Shown: positions 55,811 through 64,000 of the stretch, in pieces
How the letters are laid out: each line of letters begins with the position of its first letter
Position numbering within the stretch: position 1 is the first letter of the stretch
IMG/VR virus record: IMGVR_UViG_3300001589_000005
Span: 1 to 64,000 of that record
Length of the DNA stretch: 64,000 bases
Strand: one strand, 5' to 3'
Source: an uncultured virus (IMG/VR IMGVR_UViG_3300001589_000005)
Taxonomy: Duplodnaviria; Heunggongvirae; Uroviricota; Caudoviricetes
Notes under the pieces: model-generated
Told to the model about the DNA's origin: nothing
Database searches by the model: none
Seen by the model: only the letters and a program-made list of their open reading frames with translations
Translations under genes and position numbers: made by a program

Positions 55811-57100
55811 ATGGCTGATCAATTAGATAAAACCATTGAGGAATTGGAAGCTGAAGTACTTGGTGAATTAGAAGAAGCCAACGGTGCCGATGCTCCTATG
55901 AAAAACGCTGCAAAAGCAGAAAAACAAGAAGCAGTTCCAAGTGACGGAGTCACTGGTAAAGCAGATGTCGGTGGTGCAAAACCCGAGGCTAAAGTAGAAA
56001 AAGGTGCTAATGAAGATCGTGGAGAAAAAGCGATTGGTAAAAAAGCATCTGCACAAGCAAAAGAAATTTCAGGCGACGCTCAACAAAAAAGTGAGGGAAA
56101 ACCAGATGCAATGCCGGTTGCAAAAGGTGATGCAAAAGAAAATAAACCCCTTGCTGCTGGAGATGAGAATGTCCAAGGCGAAGAAGAAATTGTCGAAATG
56201 ACCAAAATGGAAATGAAAGACAAAATGATTAACGCAATGGCATCCATGAATAAAGAAAAAATGGAAAAACTCATGGCCATGTACAATAAGATGGACGAAA
56301 TGGACATGGACGAAGCCAAAAAAGAAAAATCAGAAAAAGTCGAGAAAAGAGTAGCAGACATTGATGTTAAAGAACATGTCGATGCACTTATGAACGATGA
56401 AAATTCTGAATTAACAGACGAATTTAAGAAAAAAGCTGCAACCGTATTTGAAGCTGCAGTTAAATCTAAAGTGAGAGAAGAAGTAGAACGTCTTGAAGAA
56501 GAATACAAGAACGAACTTACTTCTGAAATTAATGAAACCAAAGACGACCTATCGGAAAAAGTTGACAACTACTTAAATTACGTTGTCGAAGAATGGATGA
56601 AAGAGAATACACTTGCAATTGAACGAGGACTAAAAGGTGAAATTGCTGAGGACTTTATCTCTGGATTGAAACAACTCTTTGAAGATCATTATGTAGACGT
56701 GCCTGACGAAAAGTACGATGTACTTGAGGCACAATCAGACAAGATTTCTAAACTAGAAGGTAAACTGGACGAAACTATTCAAAAGGTAGTAGAGACTAAA
56801 GAACAGAATGCCCAACTAGTGAGGGAAAAGGTCATATCAGAAAGTGTTTCTGATTTGGCTGAAACTGAAATTGAAAAGTTTCAATCATTAGTTAGAGAAG
56901 TTGACTTTACTGACGAAGTATCATTTAGAGAAAAAATTGATACTCTAAAAGAAAGTTATTTTCCAAGAACTAAAGTAGAGATGAGAGAAACAATTGATGA
57001 TGTAGAAACTGGCACCGTAAAGGACATTGACACATCTGATGCAATGAATGTCTACATGACTGCAATCGGCAGAAGTGTCAAGAGTGCGAATACGAAATAG
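55811..57100 (+). CDS. gp22: prohead core scaffold protein gp22
   Basis: EFKKKAATVFEAAV...YLNYVVEEWMKEN..AIERGLKGEIAEDF...TLKESYF. Confidence 0.93.
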   Translation: MADQLDKTIEELEAEVLGELEEANGADAPMKNAAKAEKQEAVPSDGVTGKADVGGAKPEAKVEKGANEDRGEKAIGKKASAQAKEISGDAQQKSEGKPDAMPVAKGDAKENKPLAAGDENVQGEEEIVEMTKMEMKDKMINAMASMNKEKMEKLMAMYNKMDEMDMDEAKKEKSEKVEKRVADIDVKEHVDALMNDENSELTDEFKKKAATVFEAAVKSKVREEVERLEEEYKNELTSEINETKDDLSEKVDNYLNYVVEEWMKENTLAIERGLKGEIAEDFISGLKQLFEDHYVDVPDEKYDVLEAQSDKISKLEGKLDETIQKVVETKEQNAQLVREKVISESVSDLAETEIEKFQSLVREVDFTDEVSFREKIDTLKESYFPRTKVEMRETIDDVETGTVKDIDTSDAMNVYMTAIGRSVKSANTK

Positions 57101-57129
57101 TAACGTAAACTGTTAAAAAGGAGAGACAC

Positions 57130-58461
57130 ATGTTTCAAACAGAACATTTACAAGAAAAGTGGCAGCCAGTCCTAGAACATCCAGAATTACCAAAAATTTC
57201 GGATAGTTACAGACGGGCAGTTACTACAATTATTCTAGAGAACCAAGAGAAAGCTCTTAAAGAAGATAAAGCTTTCATGACAGAAGCCGCTCCAACAAAC
57301 TTTGTTGGTGGTAACGCTTCTCTAGACACATGGGATCCAATTTTGATTTCCCTAGTAAGACGATCAATGCCTAATTTGATTGCATACGACATTTGTGGTG
57401 TGCAACCGATGACAGGCCCAACTGGTTTAATCTTTGCAATGAGAGCAAGATTTGCATCAATGGACGGTGCAGAAGCTCTTGTTGATGAGACAATGCCAGA
57501 CTTTTCAAACCAAGACGCTGGTGGTGACGCTGGTGGTGGTGACGTAACAAACACAGCAACTAACCCTGCCGTTCTTAACGACAGTCCTGCTGGAACATAC
57601 GAAACCGTAACTGGTATGACAACAGCACAAGGTGAAGCACTTGGAGATACTACTTCTAATGCTTTCGCTGAAATGGCATTCTCAATTGAGAAGCATACTG
57701 TTACTGCTGTAACACGTGCTCTTAAAGCAGAATACACTATGGAACTTGCTCAAGACTTAAAAGCAATCCACGGTTTAGATGCTGAGACAGAACTTGCAAA
57801 CATCCTATCTGCTGAAATCCTTGCTGAGATCAACAGAGAAGTTGTAAGAAACATCTATGTTTCTGCTGTAAAAGGTGCTCAAACTAATACAACTAACGCT
57901 GGTATCTTTGACTTGGATACTGACTCAAACGGTAGATGGTCAGTTGAGAAGTTTAAAGGTTTGATGTTCGCTCTTGAAAGAGATGCAAACGCAATCGGTC
58001 AACAGACAAGAAGAGGAAAAGGTAACATGATTATCTGTTCCGCTGATGTCGCATCCGCCCTTCAAATGGCTGGTGTTCTAGACTATACTCCTGCTCTAAA
58101 TAACAACTTGAACGTAGATGACACATCAACTACTTTCGCTGGTGTTATGAACGGTAGATTTAAAGTCTATGTAGACCCATACTCTGCAAACGTATCTGAC
58201 TCACAATACTATGTCGTGGGTTATAAAGGTACATCACCTTATGACGCTGGTATGTTCTATTGCCCATACGTTCCACTACAAATGGTTCGTGCAGTTGGTG
58301 AGAACACATTCCAACCAAAAATTGGTTTCAAAACTAGATACGGTATCGCTGCTAATCCGTTCCACACTGGAACAGTTGCTGCGGCTGCTAACGGTGCAAT
58401 CAGTATCAGTTCTGCAACTAATAAGTACTACAGAAAAGTTAAAGTTTCAAACTTAATGTAA
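57130..58461 (+). CDS. gp23: major capsid protein gp23
   Basis: LISLVRRSMPNLIAYDICGVQPMTGPTGLIFAMR...YCPYVPLQM...FQPKIGFKTRYG. Confidence 0.98.
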   Translation: MFQTEHLQEKWQPVLEHPELPKISDSYRRAVTTIILENQEKALKEDKAFMTEAAPTNFVGGNASLDTWDPILISLVRRSMPNLIAYDICGVQPMTGPTGLIFAMRARFASMDGAEALVDETMPDFSNQDAGGDAGGGDVTNTATNPAVLNDSPAGTYETVTGMTTAQGEALGDTTSNAFAEMAFSIEKHTVTAVTRALKAEYTMELAQDLKAIHGLDAETELANILSAEILAEINREVVRNIYVSAVKGAQTNTTNAGIFDLDTDSNGRWSVEKFKGLMFALERDANAIGQQTRRGKGNMIICSADVASALQMAGVLDYTPALNNNLNVDDTSTTFAGVMNGRFKVYVDPYSANVSDSQYYVVGYKGTSPYDAGMFYCPYVPLQMVRAVGENTFQPKIGFKTRYGIAANPFHTGTVAAAANGAISISSATNKYYRKVKVSNLM

Positions 58462-58478
58462 TATTTAAAAAGAATACT

Positions 58479-58506
58479 AAAAGGGGGGTTCGCTCCCCTT
58501 TTTTTT
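58479..58506 (+). terminator. rho-independent terminator after gp23
   Basis: AAGGGGGG-TTCG-CTCCCCTT stem-loop followed by a T-run. Confidence 0.9.
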
Positions 58507-58511
58507 AGCGT

Positions 58512-58519
58512 TATAAATA
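58512..58519 (+). promoter_or_regulatory. T4-type late promoter
   Basis: TATAAATA upstream of gp3-like gene. Confidence 0.75.
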
Positions 58520-58544
58520 AAGATATAACTGTAAGGAGTTTGTA

Positions 58545-59126
58545 GTGGTAGATAATAATCCGTTGTCAAGACAACCAACAAATTTGGACTATGCAAGTCC
58601 TACACAATTTGCTTTTAATATATTGCAACTTCCAAAAGTGCAATTTAATACTACAGCGGTATCTATTCCAGACTTGACTTTGGGGGAGGCAGTTATACCT
58701 ACACCATTTAAAGATATACCAATACCAGGCACAAATATTACATATGGTAATTTAGATATTACTTTTATTGTTGATGAAGAATTAGAAAATTATAGAGAAA
58801 TACATGGATGGTTAACTGGAATTGGTTTTCCACAACAAAGAAGTCAATTTTCATTTTTTAGAAATACTACCTCTGTAACACCAAGTGATGCTAGAACTAT
58901 ATCGGTTGACCAAGTTGGAAGTGCTGTTGCTGACAGATCAATGTATTCTGATGCAACATTAACTATATTATCAAACAAAAATAATCCAATTGTTGAAGTA
59001 CGATTTGAAGATATTTTTCCAGTATCGGTAGGTGCATTATCATTCACTCAAGCAGCAACGGATGTAGAAAATTTAACAGCAGAGGTAAGTTTTAGATATA
59101 AAATATATACTATTAATAAGATATAA
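58545..59126 (+). CDS. gp3: tail completion/tube terminator protein gp3
   Basis: ASPTQF...TFIVDEELENYREIHGWL...SDATLTILSNKNNP; position after gp23. Confidence 0.85.
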   Translation: MVDNNPLSRQPTNLDYASPTQFAFNILQLPKVQFNTTAVSIPDLTLGEAVIPTPFKDIPIPGTNITYGNLDITFIVDEELENYREIHGWLTGIGFPQQRSQFSFFRNTTSVTPSDARTISVDQVGSAVADRSMYSDATLTILSNKNNPIVEVRFEDIFPVSVGALSFTQAATDVENLTAEVSFRYKIYTINKI

Positions 59127-59129
59127 ATA
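59122..59129 (+). promoter_or_regulatory. T4-type late promoter
   Basis: TATAAATA upstream of uvsY. Confidence 0.65.
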
Positions 59130-59149
59130 GTATTAACAAAGGATATATT

Positions 59150-59575
59150 ATGACACTAGATGAATTGAAGATTCAAGTCGCAAATGACTTGGTAGTAAAT
59201 GATGAAAAGTTAGATACCGAATCTCTCAAAAACCAAGAACTTTATGCAAAATATCTAGACCACAAAACTAGATACGAATTACTTTTGTACAAAGCAAAAG
59301 GAGAGTATAAAGTTATTTACAGAGATAAGTGGGAATATTACGGTGGTAAAGCTGATGCAAAAATTTATGCAACAAAACCGTTTGATTTAAAAGTATTAAA
59401 AACAGACTTATCAATATACATAGAATCCGATGAAGATATCATTCAAATCGAACATAAAATTATGTACCTTGAAACAATTGTCAAATATATTGATGGTGTT
59501 TTAAAATCTATCCAAGGTAGAGGGTGGGATATTAAAAACGCTATTGCATTTAGACAATGGGAGCATGGAATGTAA
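59150..59575 (+). CDS. uvsY: recombination mediator UvsY
   Basis: KWEYYGGKA...PFDLKVLKTD..IYIESD...RGWDIKNAI. Confidence 0.92.
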   Translation: MTLDELKIQVANDLVVNDEKLDTESLKNQELYAKYLDHKTRYELLLYKAKGEYKVIYRDKWEYYGGKADAKIYATKPFDLKVLKTDLSIYIESDEDIIQIEHKIMYLETIVKYIDGVLKSIQGRGWDIKNAIAFRQWEHGM

Positions 59576-60117
59576 TGTCTTACGGATGGCCTTATATAAC
59601 TAAAGAAATACCACAATATTTAATAACCATGACTATGGATAGAGTTAGGGGTGCAAAAGCAGCTCAAACTCATAATCAAACTGGAAAAATTAAAAGAGAC
59701 TCCTATGTTTCTTTTATAGAAGATGCAGATATACGAGAACATTTTCTACATATTGCTAAAAAAGTTAATCAAGATGGGGGTTGGGGATTTGATATAGATG
59801 CAATAGAACCATTACAATATGGAGAGTATCCTATAGGTGGTGAATATGGTTGGCATCAAGATGCTCACACAGAACCATATAAAGATGGTAGAGTAAGAAA
59901 AATGTCATTCTCTGTTTTTTTAAATGACACTTTTGAAGGTGGAGAGTTTGATTTAGAAATATACTCGCCTGCTGTTAAAGATAGATATGAAACATTTCAT
60001 TCATTACCAGATACAGCACTTTTCTTTAAATCTGACCAGTGGCACAGAGTTCGTCCAATTACAAACGGAATAAGAAGAAGTCTTGTGGGTTGGGTATTAG
60101 GTTCAAAATGGAAATAG
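59575..60117 (+). CDS. 2OG-Fe(II) oxygenase (prolyl-hydroxylase/PKHD-like)
   Basis: YGWHQD...RKMSFSVFLND.FEGGEF...WHRVRPITNGIRRSLVGW. Confidence 0.9.
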   Translation: MSYGWPYITKEIPQYLITMTMDRVRGAKAAQTHNQTGKIKRDSYVSFIEDADIREHFLHIAKKVNQDGGWGFDIDAIEPLQYGEYPIGGEYGWHQDAHTEPYKDGRVRKMSFSVFLNDTFEGGEFDLEIYSPAVKDRYETFHSLPDTALFFKSDQWHRVRPITNGIRRSLVGWVLGSKWK

Positions 60118-60662
60118 TATCACATCATAATCATGAATTAAGAGAAAATATAATTAAAGATATCAATAAAGTAAATCCTAATTTAGTCATTGATGTAGGA
60201 TGTGGTAGTTATTGGAGTAAATCAAGAATACAGAATGTGGTAGGATTTGATCAAATAAATCCTAAAAAAATAGCTAGAAGGGATGGAAAACAAGATCATA
60301 AACATATGTTCTTTAAATTTAGTGAACCAGATTATATCTGCTCAATAAAAGAGGCAAAGTTTGAGCCAGAATGTGCAGATGTTGTAATGTGTTTAGGTAG
60401 TATGAATCTTTCTTTAGACGAGTTCTCATTTAATCGTAGATGGACAAATGTAGATATATTATCAGACTTTAATATTGTATATAAATGGTCAAGAAAATAT
60501 ATAGTTATGAGAACGAGATGGGAACTAGATTTTATAGAGGAAGTTGCAAACCTATATAATTTAAAGTTAGTAGGTGAAATAAAAAAATTTAAAACTGAAC
60601 ATGAAAATCAGTTGAACTATAAAGAAAAATATAGTTATTACTGGTGGTGGATGAAAAAGTGA
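60108..60662 (+). CDS. class I SAM-dependent methyltransferase
   Basis: VIDVGCGS motif I, VGFD, DVVMCLGSMN. Confidence 0.75.
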   Translation: MEIVSHHNHELRENIIKDINKVNPNLVIDVGCGSYWSKSRIQNVVGFDQINPKKIARRDGKQDHKHMFFKFSEPDYICSIKEAKFEPECADVVMCLGSMNLSLDEFSFNRRWTNVDILSDFNIVYKWSRKYIVMRTRWELDFIEEVANLYNLKLVGEIKKFKTEHENQLNYKEKYSYYWWWMKK

Positions 60663-62107
60663 AACTAATCAAAAAAAATGAAGTGTTTATGACGGTTAGT
60701 GATGTTGATGAAGATGTTGAACACAACCTCAAAGACTATTTTACTTTTGAAGTGCCAGGCGCCAAATATATGCCCCACTACCGAAGGCGTTTATGGGATG
60801 GAAAGATAAGGTTATATGAACTAAGAACAAGTTCATTATATACTGGCTTGATGGCCTATGTCAAGCGTTTTTGTAAAGATAATAATATTAATTTAGAAAC
60901 GGAAGGATTCGACAATGAGCGGAATGTTATTCGTGGAGATGTGGAGACATTCGCCTCCTCAATACTTCCCACAAAAATTAAAATGCGAGACTATCAAATT
61001 GATGCTATCCAACATGCTATATCAAAAAATAGGTGTTTTCTTGTATCTCCTACTGCTTCAGGCAAGTCACTCATAATTTATATCTTAACTAGATATTATC
61101 AATTATTACAAGAAAAGAAGATATTAATTATAGTTCCAACTACATCTTTAGTAGAACAGATGTATGGAGATTTTATTTCTTATGGAATGGATAGAAAAAA
61201 ACTTCACAAGATATATTCTGGACATGATAAAGACACAGAGTTACCTATAGTTATTTCAACTTGGCAGTCAATTTACAAGATGCCTAGAACCTATTTTAAT
61301 CAATTTGGTTGTGTGATAGGAGATGAGGCTCACTTGTTTAAATCTAAAAGTCTTACTAAGATTATGACTTTTCTTACAGAATGTAAATATAGATTTGGAT
61401 TTACTGGAACTTTGGATGGTATGGAAACTCATCAATTAATCTTAGAGGGATTATTTGGCACAGTTCAAAAAGTAACTACCACAAAACAATTAATAGATAA
61501 AGGAACACTATCACAACTAAATATTAACTGCATAGTTTTAAAGCATGATAAAGAAGAGTGTAAAAGAGTTAAAAAATACGATTATCAAGAAGAAATGAAT
61601 TACATTGTTTCACATGCTAAACGAAACAATTTTATCAAAAAGTTGGGGGAAACTGTAAAGGGTAACACATTAATCCTTTTTCAACTTGTAGAGAAACATG
61701 GTAAACCACTCTATGATATGATAAAGGATTTAAATAAGAAGGTATTTTTTGTTTACGGTAATACAGAAACTAAAACTAGAGAAGAGATACGAGGAATTGT
61801 TGAAAATGAAAAAAACGCAATCATTATTGCTTCTTATGGTACATTTTCTACGGGCATCAATATTCGCAATCTTCACAACATCGTGTTCGCATCACCATCT
61901 AAAAGTAGGGTACGAGTGCTCCAATCAATTGGCCGTGGATTGCGTAAGGGCGATAATAAAGATTCCGTTTTAATCTTTGATATTGCAGATGATATATCAT
62001 ATCTAAGTAGACAGAATTTCACATACAGACATTTCCAACAGAGACTAAATATATACAAGACAGAAGAATTAAACTATAAGGTAGAAAAGGTAAAATTATA
62101 TGAGTAA
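60644..62107 (+). CDS. uvsW: DNA helicase UvsW
   Basis: SPTASGKS, GDEAH, GFTGT, QSIGRGLR. Confidence 0.95.
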   Translation: MVDEKVKLIKKNEVFMTVSDVDEDVEHNLKDYFTFEVPGAKYMPHYRRRLWDGKIRLYELRTSSLYTGLMAYVKRFCKDNNINLETEGFDNERNVIRGDVETFASSILPTKIKMRDYQIDAIQHAISKNRCFLVSPTASGKSLIIYILTRYYQLLQEKKILIIVPTTSLVEQMYGDFISYGMDRKKLHKIYSGHDKDTELPIVISTWQSIYKMPRTYFNQFGCVIGDEAHLFKSKSLTKIMTFLTECKYRFGFTGTLDGMETHQLILEGLFGTVQKVTTTKQLIDKGTLSQLNINCIVLKHDKEECKRVKKYDYQEEMNYIVSHAKRNNFIKKLGETVKGNTLILFQLVEKHGKPLYDMIKDLNKKVFFVYGNTETKTREEIRGIVENEKNAIIIASYGTFSTGINIRNLHNIVFASPSKSRVRVLQSIGRGLRKGDNKDSVLIFDIADDISYLSRQNFTYRHFQQRLNIYKTEELNYKVEKVKLYE

Positions 62108-62537
62108 TGAAAAATATCATGTTTTCAAATTAAATAATGGTGAAGATGTAATCTGTAAGTTAATTAAAGCTACCGATGAACATTATGAGATTTCTGACCC
62201 TATGAAAATGGATTTGTTTTCCAAACACGGCCCAAAAGGGTTTATGGAAACTTTAGGATTATCTAGATGGTTACAACCATTCACAGATGAAACTGTACAT
62301 AAAATTCCAAGTGATTCTGTTACGTTAAGAATAGATGCTTCAATCGGACTAGGTAGATATTACGAATATGTTGTTGCAAAAATGGACAATATGAAATCAG
62401 AGGATTGGGGTAAATTACCCTCACCAGAACAACTATTAGCAGATGAAATGCCATCAGACGCTTTTGATGAGTATGACAGCACAGAAGAGTGGCAAGATTT
62501 ATACGGCGATTTACTACGAAAAAAGACAATTCATTAA
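62100..62537 (+). CDS. conserved hypothetical protein (Sm-like fold) between uvsW and gp55
   Basis: FKLNNGEDVIC...LSRWLQPF; position typical of marine T4-likes. Confidence 0.7.
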   Translation: MSNEKYHVFKLNNGEDVICKLIKATDEHYEISDPMKMDLFSKHGPKGFMETLGLSRWLQPFTDETVHKIPSDSVTLRIDASIGLGRYYEYVVAKMDNMKSEDWGKLPSPEQLLADEMPSDAFDEYDSTEEWQDLYGDLLRKKTIH

Positions 62538-62548
62538 CAAAATAAAAC

Positions 62549-62577
62549 TTGACAATAGCCCCAAATTGATGTAGTAT
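62549..62577 (+). promoter_or_regulatory. sigma70-type promoter for gp55-gp47 operon
   Basis: TTGACA-17 nt-TAGTAT. Confidence 0.7.
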
Positions 62578-62604
62578 AAGACCTAACTACAAGGATATAT
62601 TAGG

Positions 62605-63153
62605 ATGATTAAAAAACAAAAACCACACTATGTAGATAATAAGAAGTTTCTTCAAGCGATGAAGGAATATAAACAACTATGTATAGAGATGGAAGAAACA
62701 GATGATAAACCACCTATATCTAATTATATTGGTTCGTGCTTTTTAAAGATAGCACAAGGGTTGTCTTATCGTCCTAACTTTATAAATTATACATACAAAG
62801 ATGAAATGGTTGCAGACGGTATTGAAAATTGTTTACAATATTTACACAACTTCAATCCAGAGAAATCCAATAATCCCTTTGCATATTTTACACAAATTAT
62901 ATACTATGCATTTCTTAGACGAATTGCAAAAGAAAAGAAACAAACACATGTGAAACATCAACTTATTTCAAAACAAGAATATGTTCCTTTTGATACAATT
63001 GATGGTGATACTTCAAAGTACAGTGTCGTAGGATTTGATCCAAATGTAATGGTGCCAGATGAAGCAGTATATAAACCAAAAAAGAAAAAAGAAGAAACAG
63101 AGAGTAAAAGAGTTGGATTAGAAAATTTTATGGATGAAGAGGATATAAAATGA
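62605..63153 (+). CDS. gp55: late-transcription sigma factor gp55
   Basis: HYVDNKKF...LSYRPNFINYTYKDEMVADGIENC...NPFAYFTQIIYYAFLRRI.KEKKQ. Confidence 0.97.
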   Translation: MIKKQKPHYVDNKKFLQAMKEYKQLCIEMEETDDKPPISNYIGSCFLKIAQGLSYRPNFINYTYKDEMVADGIENCLQYLHNFNPEKSNNPFAYFTQIIYYAFLRRIAKEKKQTHVKHQLISKQEYVPFDTIDGDTSKYSVVGFDPNVMVPDEAVYKPKKKKEETESKRVGLENFMDEEDIK

Positions 63154-63320
63154 AATGTTGGTTTTGTCACACAGAATTAATATGGGGTGGTGATCATGAT
63201 GTTGACGATGAGTTAAATGAAGAAGAGTTTGACATGGAAACGAATTTAACATGTCCAAACTGCGAAGCCTTTGTGTTAGTTTATCGTAAAAAAGAAATAC
63301 AAGGAAGATTTAACGTATGA
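63150..63320 (+). CDS. small zinc-ribbon protein (56 aa)
   Basis: Manually translated MKCWFCHTELIWGGDHD...NLTCPNCEAFVLVY...; ATGA overlaps on both sides. Confidence 0.75.
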   Translation: MKCWFCHTELIWGGDHDVDDELNEEEFDMETNLTCPNCEAFVLVYRKKEIQGRFNV

Positions 63321-64000
63321 AAATTGCTTTAGTAACCGACACTCATTTTGGTGCTCGGAATGATAATATATTTTTTGACGATTACTTTTATAAGTTTTAT
63401 GAAGGAATATTTTTTCCATATCTACAACAACATAATATAAAACACTGCATCCATCTCGGCGATGTGATGGATAGAAGGAAGTATATTTCCTATAGAACTG
63501 CAAAAAACTTTAGAGAAAGATTTCTTTTACCTTTTAATGTCTTAGATATTAACTTACATATGTTAGTTGGTAATCACGATATCTATTTTAAAAATACAAA
63601 TGATGTAAACTCTTTGCAAGAACTTATAGGTACTAACTATAAAAACATTCGTATGTATGCAGAACCAGAAACCGTGGACTTTGGTGGTATGCCTATTCTT
63701 ATGTTACCTTGGATTAATCCATCAAATGAAATATATTCATTTGGTATGATTGATGAAACACCAGCAACGGTTTGTATGTCTCATTTAGAACTTAAAGGGT
63801 TTGAAATGCATGCTGGACATGTATCGGAAACTGGTTGGGAAAAGAAAGAGTTTCAAAAATTTGATACTGTATTTTCTGGTCACTTTCATAAGAAATCAGA
63901 TGATGGACAAGTGTTTTATTTGGGAACACCATATCAGATGACATGGAGTGATTATGGATGTCCAAAAGGGTTTCATATATTTGATACAGAAACTAGAGAA
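63317..64000 (+). CDS. gp47: recombination endonuclease subunit gp47 (Mre11/SbcD-like), partial
   Basis: MKIALVTDTHFGARND, HLGDVMDRRK, VGNHDIYFK, FSGHFH; runs off the window end. Confidence 0.95.
   Translation, partial: MKIALVTDTHFGARNDNIFFDDYFYKFYEGIFFPYLQQHNIKHCIHLGDVMDRRKYISYRTAKNFRERFLLPFNVLDINLHMLVGNHDIYFKNTNDVNSLQELIGTNYKNIRMYAEPETVDFGGMPILMLPWINPSNEIYSFGMIDETPATVCMSHLELKGFEMHAGHVSETGWEKKEFQKFDTVFSGHFHKKSDDGQVFYLGTPYQMTWSDYGCPKGFHIFDTETRE

Noticed and set aside
10670..57737. Numerous 60-180 aa antisense or alternate-frame ORFs inside structural genes
   Set aside because: Shadow ORFs arising from the codon bias of well-supported + strand genes
58461..58545. Absence of gp24 after gp23 as a novelty
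   Set aside because: The gp23-gp3-uvsY-uvsW-gp55-gp47 order is the usual layout in marine T4-like phages

Overview
64-kb segment of an AT-rich T4-like myovirus genome. Gene order and content resemble marine T4-like cyanophages/pelagiphages. A porin-like gene and Tct transporter genes point to a Gram-negative host. Nearly all genes are on the + strand. Core modules: baseplate (gp5, gp25, gp6, gp7-like, gp8, VrlC/DUF4815-like protein, fibre proteins), neck/tail/packaging/head (gp13-gp23, gp3) and uvsY-uvsW-gp55-gp47 (partial). Many TATAAATA late promoters and several near-consensus sigma70-type promoters are present. Accessory island 1 (1-10.3 kb) has two radical SAM proteins, an epimerase, a methyltransferase, oxygenases, a stand-alone NAD-ligase Ia-like domain and an ORF-free region with three tandem promoters, structured RNA candidates and short phased repeats. 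Accessory island 2 (30.1-42.8 kb) is a sigma70-driven cluster of glycosyltransferase-like, methyltransferase, beta-hydroxylase, carbamoyltransferase, PP-loop/GNAT and QueC-like enzymes, plus a porin-like/TctC/TctA uptake module. Other notable signals: a C-terminal module shared by gp5 and a fibre protein, an acidic motif shared by several virion proteins, and codon-level avoidance of GGWCC and WCCWGGW. Scattered N bases and two single-base frameshifts suggest an imperfect consensus assembly. All calls come from motif recognition by eye; no database searches were run.
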